From: Octopus vulgaris | Taxonomy: Eukaryota | Direction of reading: 5' to 3' | Length of the DNA stretch: 64,000 bases | Assembly: GCA_951406725.2 (NCBI GenBank) | Contig: OX597830.1 | Coordinates: forward strand, 29,574,001-29,638,000 | In this document: piece by piece, positions 12,211 through 26,821 of the stretch | Layout: each line of letters begins with the position of its first letter | Position numbering within the stretch: position 1 is the stretch's first letter | The notes under the pieces: model-generated | Database searches by the model: none | What the model was told of the DNA's origin: nothing | Seen by the model: only the letters and a program-made list of their open reading frames with translations | Made by a program: the position numbers and the translations under genes

Positions 12211-13014
12211 ACTAAGGCATAGAGTGCACATAGTAGAAATACAGCATGTCTGAAACAGAACTGTATTATAACGTCGGTAAGGAGTCGACATAACACATCA
12301 ATGAAAGTATAAAAATCCACTCCGTCGCTCCCTGTGGGCTTAGAGCAGTGGAAAAAAGGCATTGGTTAATGCACTTCAATCATCTGCAAGCTCTAAGTTC
12401 AGTCCCCGACGAGGCATTGAGGTGAATCAAAAGTCATTTAGAGAAGGCTTAGCCTACAGCCGCCAAAATGTAGTAAAAGCACGATGATCACGCCAGTTCG
12501 ACATATGCAAAAACTGTACATTTCGGAAAAATAGAATGGAGGATACCGTGTTATTTAGCATTTTACAAATAATTTAGTAAATATATGTATTAAATCAAAT
12601 ATAATCTGTTTTATATAAATGTGTGTATGACTCTATGCATGTACGATTCTATGAATGTGCGTGCATTCATTGTTGCATATATAAAGGGGGCTGGACTAAG
12701 TGAAGAAAGGTTAGAGAGTATGGAAAAGATAAATTTATCATTTTGAAACTAATGTCTTCTGAACTTCTGTTTCTAATGGAAGTGAAAAAACAACGACAAA
12801 GTGGTGTTATGTGGAAAAGTCAGAGTGGAAATTTCGGGAGTCAATGGCTCTGTTACCAAATTAGATATACATGAGGCTCTCAACAAGACTTTTCGGAAGT
12901 CGGCGAACAATGTTCTGATTGTAATTTGAAGCATAAAACGAGCATTCCTTTCATGACGTAATTAAGGTTTTAAAATGGTGTAAAAAATGTCATAAAAGGA
13001 ATATTGTGATAAGC

Positions 13015-13090
<76 letters not shown>

Positions 13091-13097
13091 ATTTCGC

Positions 13098-13144
<47 letters not shown>

Positions 13145-13266
13145 AATGCTGTGCTTTTACTGTAATCTCCCTTTTAGTAGAAGAAATAGCTATAATCTCT
13201 TTGACTGCTATTTCTAAATTCGGTGTGTGGTAAGGCAATTCGTTGCTAAACCCTTAATTGCTTAGT
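13145..13266 (+). repeat. Fragment of the HHR-bearing repeat at 38290-38600 (the ribozyme part is absent)
   Basis: Reverse complement of 38293-38413. Confidence 0.8.
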
Positions 13267-15599
13267 ATATATATATACATATATATATGTATGTATACAA
13301 ATATATACGTGTGTGTGTGTGTGTAAATGTATGTATGCATACACACACACATATATGAGTGTGTTTGTGTGTATGCATGCATGTGTTCATGTTTGCATGT
13401 ACATATCTCTCAGAATCTAATTACGAAGAAAATTGGATCAACTGCACCACATGACATAGGAATCGAGATTACTGATCAGCTTCTTAAGAGTGATTACAAG
13501 AACTGATAAACCATATCAGTGCGCTTAGAGTTCTCCAGACTGCAGCATGTATCCTGCTGCGAATTGTATTTGATCGGTGTGTCTAATGAAGAAAATATTC
13601 TATTTTGTTTATACATATTTTTGAAAATATTGTCAGGTAAAACTAATTAAAACTCCCAAATGTACCTGAGAGAGAGAGGATATTATTTTCGGAGCTAGAA
13701 TCGTTATCACTTACGTTTCTAGATTTCAATAGTCAAGTAACTGTTGGCAACCTTAGTTGGGGACATTCTGTATTTCATTCACGTGACATGTGGTAAAACT
13801 AGAATGCTGACCTTAGGAACACCTCTGCGTTGTTCGTGTCAAATTTATTACTCTAAATGTTCGGTGGAAGGAAATCTTATCAGTGATATCGACCTGAATG
13901 CCATGCCAAGAAACGCAATGCATTAAAGAGAAAATGGGTAAGTTGTCTAGCAAAAATGGGATTGATGGATGGAAAAGCTCTTAAGAGGCATTATAACATA
14001 CAACCCATTTCTAGTCGATGACCTGACTGTCAACTCGTTAACTTTGTTAAAATGTCTCTTTACTATCTTTATATATGCCGTGAACGGAGAACTCATTCGC
14101 TTGAACTATATCCATTATTTACATCGTGAATTAAAAATTATTGTCTACTTCACCAAAGCATAATGTCTTAGCATCTGCAATTTATTACGAATACTTATCG
14201 ATTAATTGAATTTTCCCTCATAAATTTCATCAGGTTTTTCGACAGATGTATGTTCCGTTTTGATCTTCTCCCACTTTTAATGTTTTTCTTTAACTTCACT
14301 ATCCTAATATCATATCCAGAACTACTAAGAACATTACAGCCTACAGGTTTCATGCTCAAATTTTTCTAGCATTATTTTACCTAAACTGTTTTGCTTATCG
14401 TTCTGTCCTTACCGAAGGTTCCCTTACTGTGTGTCTAACATTGATCACCCAGAGAAGATTTCTTTCTTTTTCTCTTTTTTTTTTATCGCAGCACGCTAAA
14501 ATAAAGATATCAATTTATTTTTAACAAGACAGAAAATTCTGACATTTTACGGGTATTGGGAAATGGAAGTATTGCATTCATGCGTTTTTCAAAGCCATTA
14601 GTGACGTACTAGAAATTGAATGACTTCAAGCATAGAAAGAAAGTATGTCGCAGCTTCGGGTTAATTATACTATTGATTATAACAATGAACTCTAAAATCG
14701 ATTGCACTTATCGGGGTGGTGGACACCGAATCATTTTGAGTAAAACGTATGCTTGAATAGAGTGCTGATGATGTAACATGAACCCAGAAGGTTAAGCATT
14801 CTTAGTCTGAAGACTGGATATTTCCACTTACAATAACACACGACCGTAAACATGGTGTTATATAATATATAATCCAGGATTGTAGCTAACTGTTTCTTTA
14901 ACCAATTATATACATACAATATCCATCATTATTATTCCATTTTCATTTTAGGCGTGGGTGTTACAGTATTAATGACCTTGTCACAACTGATGTCAGACAT
15001 TTTCTATGAATTTTGTTTGTATAATGTCCAAACATTTAAACGGATTTTAGTGCCACAGGCATTAATTTTATAATTCCAAACCACTTTCCTTTGGACGATT
15101 TCATAAATATTGGAATGTTTTCACATAAATATTAACTAAATTAATATATTACTCATGAAATAAAATTAAAATGTTGGATAATTTCTTATGAAGATGTTGT
15201 TCCAATAGAGTACAATTTGACAAAAAAAAGTCATTAATTTAAAATATAAAATTGTTAGTGACTCTTTTGGTATGCAGCTACAATGTTCTAAGCATAAGCT
15301 ATGGCGGTTCATTTGTGCTTTAGAAAAACGGAACATTTACTTTGTTCATTTAAGATAATTGAATGTCAGTGATCGAATAACCTTTTTCTCTACATTTGTG
15401 TATGCGCTTTACACAGGTCACTAAATACTAAAAGAAGCTGACAGCAACATTATTATTGCTGCTGTTGTTGCTGCTACTGCTGCTGTTATTGTTATTGTAC
15501 TTCTCCGAACGTCCAGTCTTGTTTGTTATGGTAGATTCCCTCAGAACGGAGAGCAGTCCGCCGTCAGAGGTCTCTTTCTGCACATTATAAGCTTTGATA

Positions 15600-16530
15600 C
15601 TTGGTTAATTATCATGGGAGACATCCAAGTACCCAGTTAAAATACTAGCTGTCCCCAACAGAGCGGTTTTGGGGGCTTACTCTGCTCTCATGTCAATTCC
15701 GATTTCTTTGACATATTTCTCAAACTTGATTGTTAGTGCTCCGAGTGCCCATACAACTTGAATGACAGACACTCTCCTCCTAGTCCACAAGCTTGCGATT
15801 TCGTTTTTTTAGTAGTATGTACTTTTCAATCTTTTCTATTTCTTTTTCACTTATGAGTACATCTCCAAGTATTACAATATCTATGATCTTGGTTTCCTTT
15901 TTTATTTTGTCTACCACAACAATATCTGGTCTCCGAGCCTCGAGTAGGGTGACATATTGAATTGTTAAATCCCACAATATCATATGTTCTTGTTCTCGGT
16001 TACTCCTCCTACTTCATGTTCGTATCATTTCCATGCTCTGTTCAAGCCGTGCCTTTTACCTAGCCTCCAGTGGACGAGCTTAGCCACATTATCGTGCCCC
16101 CTTTTGTAGTGCTTTTAGGCAAGCTTGCTACAGCCACTCACAATATCTGAGAATGCTTCCTTTCTGCTGCTACACATCCTAGAAAGGGGTGATTCACTAT
16201 TCTCATCTATTTCGAACTTCGTGTAATTAGTTCTCAGAGCTTGTTCCTAGGCGCTGCTTATCAATGCCTCAGTGTATCCTTTCAGATCACTTTTTCTTAA
16301 CCATCTCCAAGTGTTGATCTTGTTTTCTCCTCTGATTTCTTTGAAATATTGCCCATGCTGTGGATTCATTTTCCAATTGTTTACTCTTTCTTCATCATGC
16401 AGTGGTTTCATCATGCAGTGGTTTCATTTTACAATAGTTTACTATTTCTTCTTTATTTTTATTATTATTATGATACGTTTGACTTTTGCTTTGTCTTTGT
16501 ACAAGTTGACTCCAAGTCTCACCCAGAGAT
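15600..16530 (-). pseudogene. RLE-type non-LTR retrotransposon (R4/Dong-like) 3' fragment
   Basis: WLRKSDLK..TEALI…EQALRTNY, a decayed CCHC knuckle, HDNVAKLVHW, ILWD…RRPDIVVVDK…IIDI (PD..D endonuclease); stops and frameshifts. Confidence 0.85.
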
Positions 16531-16643
16531 AAAAAGTTAGAATTTCAAGTTCGTATTATGCCTAGGGTGTCATATATTTGGTTTTGTACAAAGTATTGTT
16601 CTAGAGAATGTTTAATAAAACATAAGAAAATTATGAGTTCATT

Positions 16644-17555
16644 TTAAAATTTAAAATAACATAGTATTTTTCGTAGGATATATGCAGTTTCCATGAGCAC
16701 TATCTTTTGACATCCTGTCATTTTGGGGTTTCTTGGTATCTGAGCTAAGTAGGAATCAACCCCTTTTGCGATCATTCGTAGGGTACCTATGGAAACAAGT
16801 ATTGTTTTAAACTTGAGGTTCCATATTTTGCCAATTATTATTTCAAGATCTTTGTACTTACTCTGTACAAATACATTTATGTCAATTGGGACAGTCATAT
16901 CAGTGAGGAGGCAAGATATTTGTCTGAAGTCTTTCAATATAACCTCTATCTTTCTGTCAGTTTAAACGGTGAGGTTCCAGAGAAGTGAGATGCGATCATT
17001 TTCAAACACTGGAGGTGATTTGTGTCCCCACCAATTTTTATCATACGACAGGTCCAGGTTTTGTTGAGATACTCTATAGGAGCAAGAAGACACATGGAGA
17101 CAACATGATTAATGATTTCATTTTGTTGTTTATATACACGACAGGTTGAGCTACTGTCGTTCTTTAATGTGTTAGCCTGGTAGCTCCTTATAGGTAGGCA
17201 TTGATCATGGGCTGCTATGATAAACCCTTCTGTTTTTTTTTTATTCTAAGCCAGAAAACACTAACCATTGATGGTTAAGGGCCTTTTCGACATCGGCATT
17301 ATTAGCTCTCTTTGAGTATTTGCCATTGAGAGGTTTTTCTTGCCCTTTACCAGTAAGAATATCTAAGGCAGCAATTTTAGCACGGGTTTTCATACGCTTC
17401 GCTTTTATTGCGATTGTTTCCAATATGTCTAATTCTGGCATTTGTTGTATTTGGAATTCACTCAGATACTCCTTTGCTTGTTTTGTTACTAAGTATGATG
17501 CTTTCTTATTATCCTGCTTTAAGACAAAAATTTTTCATCCACTCAGTTTTTCAGG
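16644..17555 (-). pseudogene. Second, divergent RLE-type LINE 3' fragment
   Basis: GKYSKR…HQWL, TEGFIIAAHDQCL, TCRV…NHVVS, D MTVP D…KYKDLEI…W…IGTL…QKIVLM. Confidence 0.8.
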
Positions 17556-17571
17556 TAGGTGTTGAGACCAC

Positions 17572-17622
<51 letters not shown>

Positions 17623-17679
17623 CATTATTATTATTATTATTATCATCATCATCATCATCATCATCATCATTATTACAGT

Positions 17680-17830
17680 CGTGTTTGTTTGTTTGTCTGT
17701 GGGCAATTTAACTGAAGAACCGCAGGATGGATACGGATGAAATATTTGGATTTGTAACTGGCACAAAGTGATTAGATTTTGGGATGGATCTGGTACCGGA
17801 CAAGGATTCTGGATAATTTGTTGCATTTAC
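17680..17830 (+). mobile_element. Possible Helentron-associated (HINE/DINE-1-like) fragment
   Basis: (GTTT)nGTCTGT microsatellite followed by GGATGGAT..GATGAAA and GATTAGATTTTGG..GGATC motifs, recalled as typical of such elements. Confidence 0.4.
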
Positions 17831-19942
17831 TTTACTTTATATGATTACGGTCTTACGTTAACTTTCAAGTCATTTTCAATTATCTCCCTTTAGGCTGTAA
17901 CTATTTTGAATGGGAAATTTGCTAACTTTGGCTTGTATTAGAAAAGGATAAACAATTTATTGCTGTTTTTGGGTCGATAGAATAGGTACCAGGTGTACAC
18001 TGGGGTCGATGTAATCGACTTAAGTCCTTCTCCAAATTCGCTGCCCTTGTAGCAAAATTTCAAACCATCATTATTATTCTACGCACACATATATGTATAT
18101 ATATATAAACAAATATATATACATATATGAATATATACATACACACACATACATATATATATATATACACATATATATATAAACACAGATACACACACAC
18201 ACATGTATATATATATATATTGGCTTATGTATGCCTATATATATGCGTTTTTTAAATATATTCTGGGAAATCTATTAGTCCTCTTTTTCAGCCTGTTGTA
18301 ACAGGTGACTAAATTAGTAAACGATAGAATTAAACACTTGAAAATACTAGACAGGAAACGTATTAATCGATTAAAATTATTGAAATTCGTACTACAGGAT
18401 GAATAGATTAGAATGATAAAATATATGGTGCCAAAATGAATCCAATATATATATATATATATGTATATATATAATAAAATATTAGGGAATAAATCCAAAC
18501 TTACAGGGAAAAATCAGATTTAGGATTGAATCCAATTTTATAGTAAAATATTATATTATATTAAATTAGAAATAAAACCACTATTAGGCTAATCAAACAA
18601 TGAAAAACTTAAGCCAATACATAAAATTAATTAATTTATATTATTTTAAGTATAAATCAAAAGTATTAAAAGTTTAATAAAAGATAATGAGTAAAACACT
18701 ACGATCGTTTCATTGCTGTATATATATATATGCATGTATGTATGTATGTATGTATGTATATACTCACACTCAGACACACGCAAACACGCAAGCAAACACA
18801 CACACAAACACCTTCTCACACACACACACACATATATAAGGGTAAGCGAAATTTTGAGGGAGCAAAATTTTAACGGATATAAATATATATATATGTATGA
18901 AATACGACTACTGTGATATTCTGAGATTAATGGAAAGTATTTGGAAGCTTATCAGGTTCTGACTTCCTTTTTTTTCTGAGAAAATTTGCCTGTGCATCAT
19001 CAAAAACAGAAGTTGATTATGTCGTGTTTCTGGCGAACAACTAGCATAAGTAAGTCATAAACAGAAACTTGAGAGCTACTCACTAATTTAAAAGGGATAA
19101 CAAACTGCACTCATCCGTCAGCAATGATTAATGGTGTGTTTATGTTACTGCGTGTATTAGTCCGTACGGTTGAGTGTCTGTGTGTTTAATACATGCAATT
19201 ATAGAGATATGTAAGAATACATATATATAGGTGTGTGCACATACATACATCCGTACTTACGTACATTCATACATACATACATACATACATACATACATAC
19301 ATACATACATACATGCATACATATGAGTGTCTATGTGTATGGATGCTATATATTGGGATATACATATACATGTATACATCCGGCATATACATACATGTAT
19401 TGCCAACCAGATTATTTACCTAATTATTTGTGTTCATCAAGGTTTCATACGAAATAAGCATCGCTTTTGCTCACATACAAGTTCGCTTTTCCGTTTAAAT
19501 ACGCTGCAGGATAAAATGGCGTCGTGAATAAGACATACGTTCATACATACATACATGCATATAAACATGCATACATACTTGCATACATACATACGTACAT
19601 GCGTGCATACATACGTACATACATACGTACATACATACATACACACGTACGTACATACACACACACATACACACATATATAAACACACATACACACACAT
19701 ATATGTATTTACGTATTTATTCACATATGATTATACATATACATACGTACATGCACATGCACACACACGCATATATATATATATTCTGTATTGGTCTTTG
19801 CATATGTGTATTTGTGAGCAGGTGTAAGTGGGTGTTCTTGCCTGTATGTATGCATGTATGTATGTATATATATATATATACATATATATATATACAATAT
19901 ATACATATATATATACATATATTTATATACATATATGTATAC

Positions 19943-19988
<46 letters not shown>

Positions 19989-20017
19989 GTATGTATGTAT
20001 GTATGTATATATATATT

Positions 20018-20352
20018 GGCGAAGGGTTGACTGTGTAGTAAGTGGACTCAGTTCCAAAACGTGGCACCTTGGCCAAGTGTCTTCTAGTATGGGTTCGGGC
20101 CGATCAAAGCTTTGTGAGTGTACGGGAACTGAAAGAAATAGGTCGTGTATATATGTGTGTGTGTCTTCTTTTGCGCCCCCCAACGTTGCTTGAGAACTTA
20201 CGACGGTGTGTTTACATCACCGTAACTAACGGTTCGGCAAAACGGACCGCTTTGTAAGTACTAGGCTTACAAAGAATAATTCCAGCATCGATTCGCTCGA
20301 TTAAAGGTGCTCCATCATGGCCGCAGTCAAGTGAGTGAAACGAGTTAAAGAA
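20018..20352 (+). mobile_element. Degenerate SINE family A
   Basis: GTGGCACCTTGGCCAAGTGTCTTCT…GTGCTCCATCATGGCCGCAGTCAA. Confidence 0.8.
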
Positions 20353-20366
20353 TATATATATATATA

Positions 20367-20661
20367 TCATCGTGATCACCGTGACCGACGACCAGACTAT
20401 CAGATGTTGCTACACATCGCTGGTCACAATGTGCTTCGCATTGTTTTAGCCTTCAAATGATGCCACCCCGTTGGCTAAGCGAGCAGGCCAACAGAAGAAA
20501 GAGTGAGAGAAAGTTGTGGCGAAAGAGTACAGCAGGGATCGCCACCATCCCCTGCCGGAGCCTCATGAAGCTTTTAGGTGTTTTCGATCAATAAACACTC
20601 ACAACGCCCGGTCTGTGAATCGAAACCGCGATCCTACGACCGCGAGTCCGCTGCCCTAACC
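20367..20661 (-). mobile_element. SINE family C (tail type shared with 42007-42306)
   Basis: Near-identical to 42007-42290. Confidence 0.85.
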
Positions 20662-22008
20662 ATATATATATATATATATGCATACACACACACATACACA
20701 TACTTACATAGCTATATACAAACATTTATGTACATGGCTCTGAATCTTAGCCTTGTTTGGTTACTTATACTCTCCGCGTCTGTTTATGATTATAGTCCGG
20801 CTTACATGAATATGTGGTTATATATGTTCGCACTTACATGCGTAGAAAAAGTACAATCATATATTTGACTGAGTGAAGGTATTGGTTTATAAAAAGATAT
20901 ATACATACATTAACACATATACATATACCTTTCTTGTTAGTGAGAATATATTACCTTGGAATGACGGTTATTGGTTGATAACTACAATGTAACTACGCGC
21001 ACAAACACCCACTCATTATAACTACACACACAAATGCGCACACACAAACACGCACAAACTCACAGAGATACACAGACGTACAAGCATGCACACCAACAAC
21101 CACACGCGAATATTACATGTATGTGTATGCCTGTGTGATTTTGATATGTTTGCATATGTATCAATGAATGATCAACTGTATTTATGCATATGAGGCTACC
21201 TATTCGATGTTCTATCAGTAGATATCAAACCGTCCTCACATCATTTTGTCCCTCCTTCAGTTGTCTTTCCTTCTGTGTTCCTATCTTTCAATTTTTCTAT
21301 CTTTCTATCTTTCTATTTCTTCCTATTCTTTCCGCTCCCATTTCTCAAGCCCATTTTTCCTCTCTGTCTGGAACTATGCAATTTTACTTTTTGATATATA
21401 TTTTTTTATTCTGTACAGTACAAGAGACCAACAAGGAAGGAGTTTCCTTGTGTGTTCTGCAATGTGAAATCTACGATAAAAACGTTAACATATGCACCGT
21501 TAACTCAGCATATTAAGTTTCAATAAGATCATTTGTCTTATATTTCTAAATTGTTATGATGGAGCACTGAATCTGTAAAAATCTGAACAAAAATGCATAA
21601 GTAATCGAAGATTTATGTCTCTGGATCTGCATGAATAAAAACAAAAACGGTATAAAATTGCTTCGTCTTGTAAGGATTTAGCAAAAAGAGAGCAAAAGAA
21701 ATGAAGCAAAATAAAAACAAAAAATTGAAACAGAAACTACTAGGAAGAAGCAACAGGATATTAAGAGGAATTTCGAAGGGGAAGTTTGTGTGAAGTAAGG
21801 TCAGAATAACTACAGAAGGTTAGACAATGATAAAATGTTTAGAGACTAAATTAACTCCACCAAACATGTAATCTTTTCTCACTAACCTTTAGCCTTTACC
21901 ATAAGTCTCATTCCTTCTGGCGCAAATATACATATACATGCACACATACATTAATAGATACATCTTTATAAGTGTGTGTGTACGCGTATATGTATGTATA
22001 TATATATA

Positions 22009-22042
<34 letters not shown>

Positions 22043-22082
22043 TATATATGTATATATGTATATATATATGTATTATGTATGC

Positions 22083-22136
<54 letters not shown>

Positions 22137-23397
22137 ACATACATATGCACTGCCGTACACACATATATGTGTGTGTGTCGCTATGCATGTCCTCCTTTTA
22201 AAAAGGACGAAAGCTGAATGGTTAACCAAATGGTTAAGAAGGTCGCTTTGTGAACACGAAATTTCAGGCTCGATCCCACTGCATGAATCTTATGTAAGTA
22301 TTGTCTTTTTTTTTAAAGATGGCTTCGTGCGGAAACCCGCCGAGTGGATTGTCACTAAATTGTACTTACTTATATTTGCCAAATGCTGTGTCCCAATGAC
22401 TCTCTTCGATTATAAGTGTACATGTATCTGTGGAATACTCAGCCGCCTACTGATTAGCTCAATGAGCAGCTAGACTACAAATACCATGTTCGAGCGTCGG
22501 ATACCACACTGCGTGGAATTTTTTCCGTCTCTAAGCACTCTAAGTTTGATATTGCATTTCCTCATTTTCCGGTCCATAAAATACTACCAATCCGGAAATA
22601 TGAATTAGTGGAACTGCAAAAGCATCGGAAAATATGCCTTGTGGTGGTTCTGGCTTCAATTACCAACGTGACTTTCTTTGCTTCAAGGCTGGTTTTAACG
22701 TATGGGATATTTAAACAACTTACTGGTAACTTGTGAGTAGTAACTTGTCTACAAAATCTCTTGTCTGGGAATACCTTTCTTTATTAGACTTACTTGTCTC
22801 CAACACTGGTGCTTTTCTTTCTAAAGGACAAAAAAGAAAAGAAAGAAAACAAAGACACAAATATCTCTGAACAATAGACATCTTGAGACCAGGTTACTGC
22901 AAGTATTACTGATATTCGGGTTGAGCTTCTGCTCTGATAGCACTTAGTAGACGAATATTCAAAAGAATTCCAAACGGGAACATAAGGTCGTTCCTTTTTA
23001 CGCTCGGAAATCCACATATCATAACAATTATATGTTCTTTTATAAGATAAAGTTGTGACTTGGTTGGTGTATCGCTATTACTTCTAGCAACTCCAGTTTC
23101 CAAATAAAGTCGCTTCATCATCCTCCCCGCACCAACATGCACACTGAACTTATTCTTTTGTCCTACTAAGGCACTACGCATTTATATGTAAAACAAAAAC
23201 CGGTTATCTCATATGTTCTGGAAGCTACTTGGTACACAAGAGAAATTGGATAAGTTTCCAAAATATCCTTAGCGCCCTTATTGACATACCGTGCAGGGCC
23301 TTTTAAATGGAAATAAAAAATATTTATCAGTGAGAGAGCATTTGCATTGCTCTGTTTGACCTTTTTGAAACAACAGCCATATTTTCACCACGCAATA

Positions 23398-23641
23398 CTC
23401 TTCTTCTTCTTCTTCCTCTCCTTCTCCTTCTTCTTCTTCGTCTTCTTCTTCTTCTTCTTCTTCTTCTTCTTCTTCTTCTTCTTCTTCTTCTTCTTCTTCT
23501 TCTTCTTCTTCTCCTCCTCCTCCATCTTCTTCTTCTTCTCCTTCCTCTTCTTCTTCTTCTTCTTCTTCTTCTTCTTCTCCTCCTCCTCCTCCTCCTTCTT
23601 CTTCATCTTCTTCTTCTACTACTACTACTATTACCACACCA

Positions 23642-23703
<62 letters not shown>
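23398..23703. repeat. Compound (TTC/TCC)n-(CTA)n microsatellite
   Basis: Seen directly in the sequence. Confidence 0.95.
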
Positions 23704-23704
<1 letters not shown>

Positions 23705-23904
23705 ACATACACACATCGGAGAGCACATTCAAAGACGTATTTGTAAATTTTTTCTAACTCACAAAAAGGCATGATTGTAGGAATAAAGAGGTTTTGATCG
23801 CATGTCTATATTATAAGATCTGGTTTGTGGTTAAATAACAACATAACTTTTGAGTAAATGGTTTTTTGACAACAATGAGAATATTATCTATTATCGGAAA
23901 TATC

Positions 23905-24350
23905 GATTTAAAATTTTGGTACAAGACAAGCAATTTCGGGCTTGGGTTCTAGTTAGTTACATCGAAACCAGTGCTCAAGTGGTACTTATGTTATCGACCC
24001 TGAAAGGACGAAAAGCACAGTTGACTTTAGTGGTACTTGAACTCATTACGTAAAGACGGGTAGAAGGTCTCTAAGCATTTTGCCCGAACTGCCAACGATT
24101 ATACAAATTCTCGGCCTTTATTGCCGGAAATATTAATAAAGTTGATGAGCTGGCTGAGTCGTTAGCACGCTGGACGAGATGTTTAGCCGTTTTTCGCCCG
24201 TCGCTACTTTCTGAATTAGAATTCCTCCTAGATTGACATCGCTTTTCATCCTTTCGAGGTCGATGAATTAAGTACCAGTGAAATACTGGGTTCGATATAA
24301 TCAACTAGTCTCCTGCCCATCAACTTTCAGGCCCCGTGCTTTAGTAGAAA
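23905..24350. mobile_element. Two degenerate SINE family B copies, head-to-head (minus ~23905-24118, plus ~24145-24350)
   Basis: GAGCTGGC..GTTAGCACGC…TTTCATCCTTTCGAGGTCGAT…AAGTACCAG and its reverse complement. Confidence 0.7.
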
Positions 24351-25057
24351 GGATCAATGCTATTGTGGTGGTCGATCCCTGGTTGCTCTTAACCCGGGCC
24401 AACAACATTTCCTGTACGATTATCCGGTCTAATTATTTAACATAATATATCTAATACAATCTTACAGTAATGCCCATTTGTTTCAGTTTGTAGAGTTTGA
24501 TTTAAATGTATCTTACTTCTCTTTGCAGCAGAATATTTGCAGAGTAGATTCCTCCATTATTTTCTTATTACAGTTAGTTTTGCTACATTTTATCCACTGT
24601 TTATGCAGATCTATCATGAAAGGCATCCAGACCAAGACCATCCCCACCTAACTAGAAGAACACTATATCTATCTCTACATATTATAATGTGTCGTCTCTC
24701 CTCTTTGATTTTTAAGACGATAGAACATGACATTTGAGACTTTTGCATACGATTTGCACAAATGTTTTTCAATCGCATTTGAGCTCCTTCATTTACGCCT
24801 GTAATAAAGGATTACAATTAAAAGAAGAGACACGAAGGATGACATAGAGTGTGTTGAGAGAATCTAAGTTAAATACATGCATTAATGCTAAACAGAAGGT
24901 TGGATAAAACGGAATACTTGCAATAGGATGAACCTGAACTCATAAAACAATAGCAAAAACGATGAACACTGCAAAACCTTCCGCTATTTGTTTATCATTT
25001 CAGCCACCTTCGCTGCTTCTCATTTTTTCCAAAACTTTTCTTCTAATATTGATACAG

Positions 25058-25205
25058 ACGCGGCGAGGCTGTGGATGTGAGGTAAGAAGCTTTCTTCCCA
25101 GCCACATGGTTCAGTGCCACATTGGGCAAAGGTCTGCTATTATAGCCTTGGGTTGACCAAACCCTTGTAAGTGGATTTGGTAGACGGAAACTAAAAGAAG
25201 CCCCT
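25058..25205 (+). mobile_element. SINE family A, 5' half (degenerate)
   Basis: GTGGATTTGGTAGACGGAAACT motif. Confidence 0.7.
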
Positions 25206-25240
25206 ATGCACACACACACATGCACACACATACACACACG

Positions 25241-25271
<31 letters not shown>

Positions 25272-25376
25272 ATTTCGGGATGATCAAATTTTTTGCCAAT
25301 AAATACACGCACTGTATATCATTTCCTTCACTCCTTTTATTACTGTTCTTATTTTATTATTTTAACTCGTGTCCAT

Positions 25377-25421
25377 TGTCCGGAAATCTTTCGTCGCACA
25401 TCTGTGACCTCTTCAGCGACA
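25377..25421 (-). ncRNA. Minimal type I hammerhead ribozyme candidate
   Basis: Minus strand reads TGTCG-CTGAAGA-G-GTCACA-gatg-TGCGAC-GAAA-GAT-TTC-CGGACA. Confidence 0.5.
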
Positions 25422-25941
25422 CTTTTCGTTTCGGTGCATGTACTTGTTCCACTTACACCATTCTGTTCTAAGGTGTGTATCCTTAAGTGCACATGCGTTT
25501 GTGTCCTTGTTTGTGTGAGTGTGAGTGGGTATGTGTGTGTGTGTGTGTGTGTGTGTTTGTGTGCTTGTGTGTGTCTTAATTTTTGGCAGCAGTGTGGCCT
25601 TCCCTTCTGCTGCTTCATCCTTTCACGCCATTGTGCTGCTGCTGTCGTTAGAACCCCAAAAATGGAATACAACGAAACAGTAAAAAATGGAATGGAATGG
25701 GACAGTAAACCCACCAGCACACCACACCACATGACTAAAGACAGTAGGGATGAAAAGACAGAGGGAAAAGGAAAAAAAACTGTAAATAATACATAGAAAC
25801 ATACAGGGTAATACACACACAATAGACATATGTACTTACCTGTGATACTTATGAGAAATAGAGATAGATGTATAAAAAAAATCGTAACCCGTTAGTTTAA
25901 GAGTAACTATGGAACGTTGAATAAAATTACATTATTAGCGA

Positions 25942-26210
25942 AGGTTCGCGATGCAGTGATTATGTTATCACACTAACGATCGCTAGATCGTGGGTTCGAT
26001 TCCCAGACCTGGTGGTGTGTTATGATCTTGATCGAAACACTTCGTTTCACATTGCTTCAGAACCCCTTTCGATCAGAGAAGTATGTTGGCCTACTTACGT
26101 AGCTAGAAGGGTGGCGTCATTCGAAGGCTTAAGACGGTGCAAAATGCATTTTGAGCAGCGATGTGTAACAGCGTCTGAGAATCTGATCAGTCACGGGGTC
26201 TTATGGTATT
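25942..26210 (+). mobile_element. Degenerate tRNA-derived SINE (related to family D)
   Basis: B-box GGGTTCGATTCCC followed by TCTTGA..AAACACTT..TTTCACATTGC, similar to the 52293 copy. Confidence 0.6.
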
Positions 26211-26821
26211 ATTTTATACTTTAGACAAAGTGGGACGCTGTGTTCATTACGCTTTACAGGATCGTTTAGATTTGTGGGATGGACGAAAGAGGATATCCTC
26301 AAACATGATCTGAATTCTTACAACAAACTGGATGACACTAAAGGAATCCACGATGCTAGCTGCGTTCAATTGGGTACAGGATTAATTCCGAAACGGACTA
26401 AGACGAAGAAGAATTTGAAATATGAATACAAGGAGCCTGTAAAAGTAACAGGTGTCGCTAACCCCACTAGAATCGTTAGATTTCTTATAAACTCCCGAAA
26501 AGAAGAAATGAAAAATTGAACTGGAGTGGATTTGAACTTGTAAAGGTGAGCGTCAGAAGAAATATCGGGCGATAATCTCTCCAGCACAATGAAACATTTG
26601 CTTTCACCGTTTATAGACAAACAAGTACTTTTAACCGCTGGGATCATTTTTCACCAAAGATCAGATTTATGGGAGTTCAGGACAAACTGACAGGGATTTA
26701 AATATTGCAACAAAAACACCGATTAGTCAAGGTTAACAATTAGAATAATTCGAACTCACAACCTTCCAAACTACATAAGATCATTGAATAGCATTTAGTC
26801 CCTTCATTTACAGTGACTACA

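Noticed and set aside
26274-26519. 81-aa non-repetitive ORF
   Set aside because: It has no recognisable motif or splice context and may be a decayed TE; I cannot support a call.
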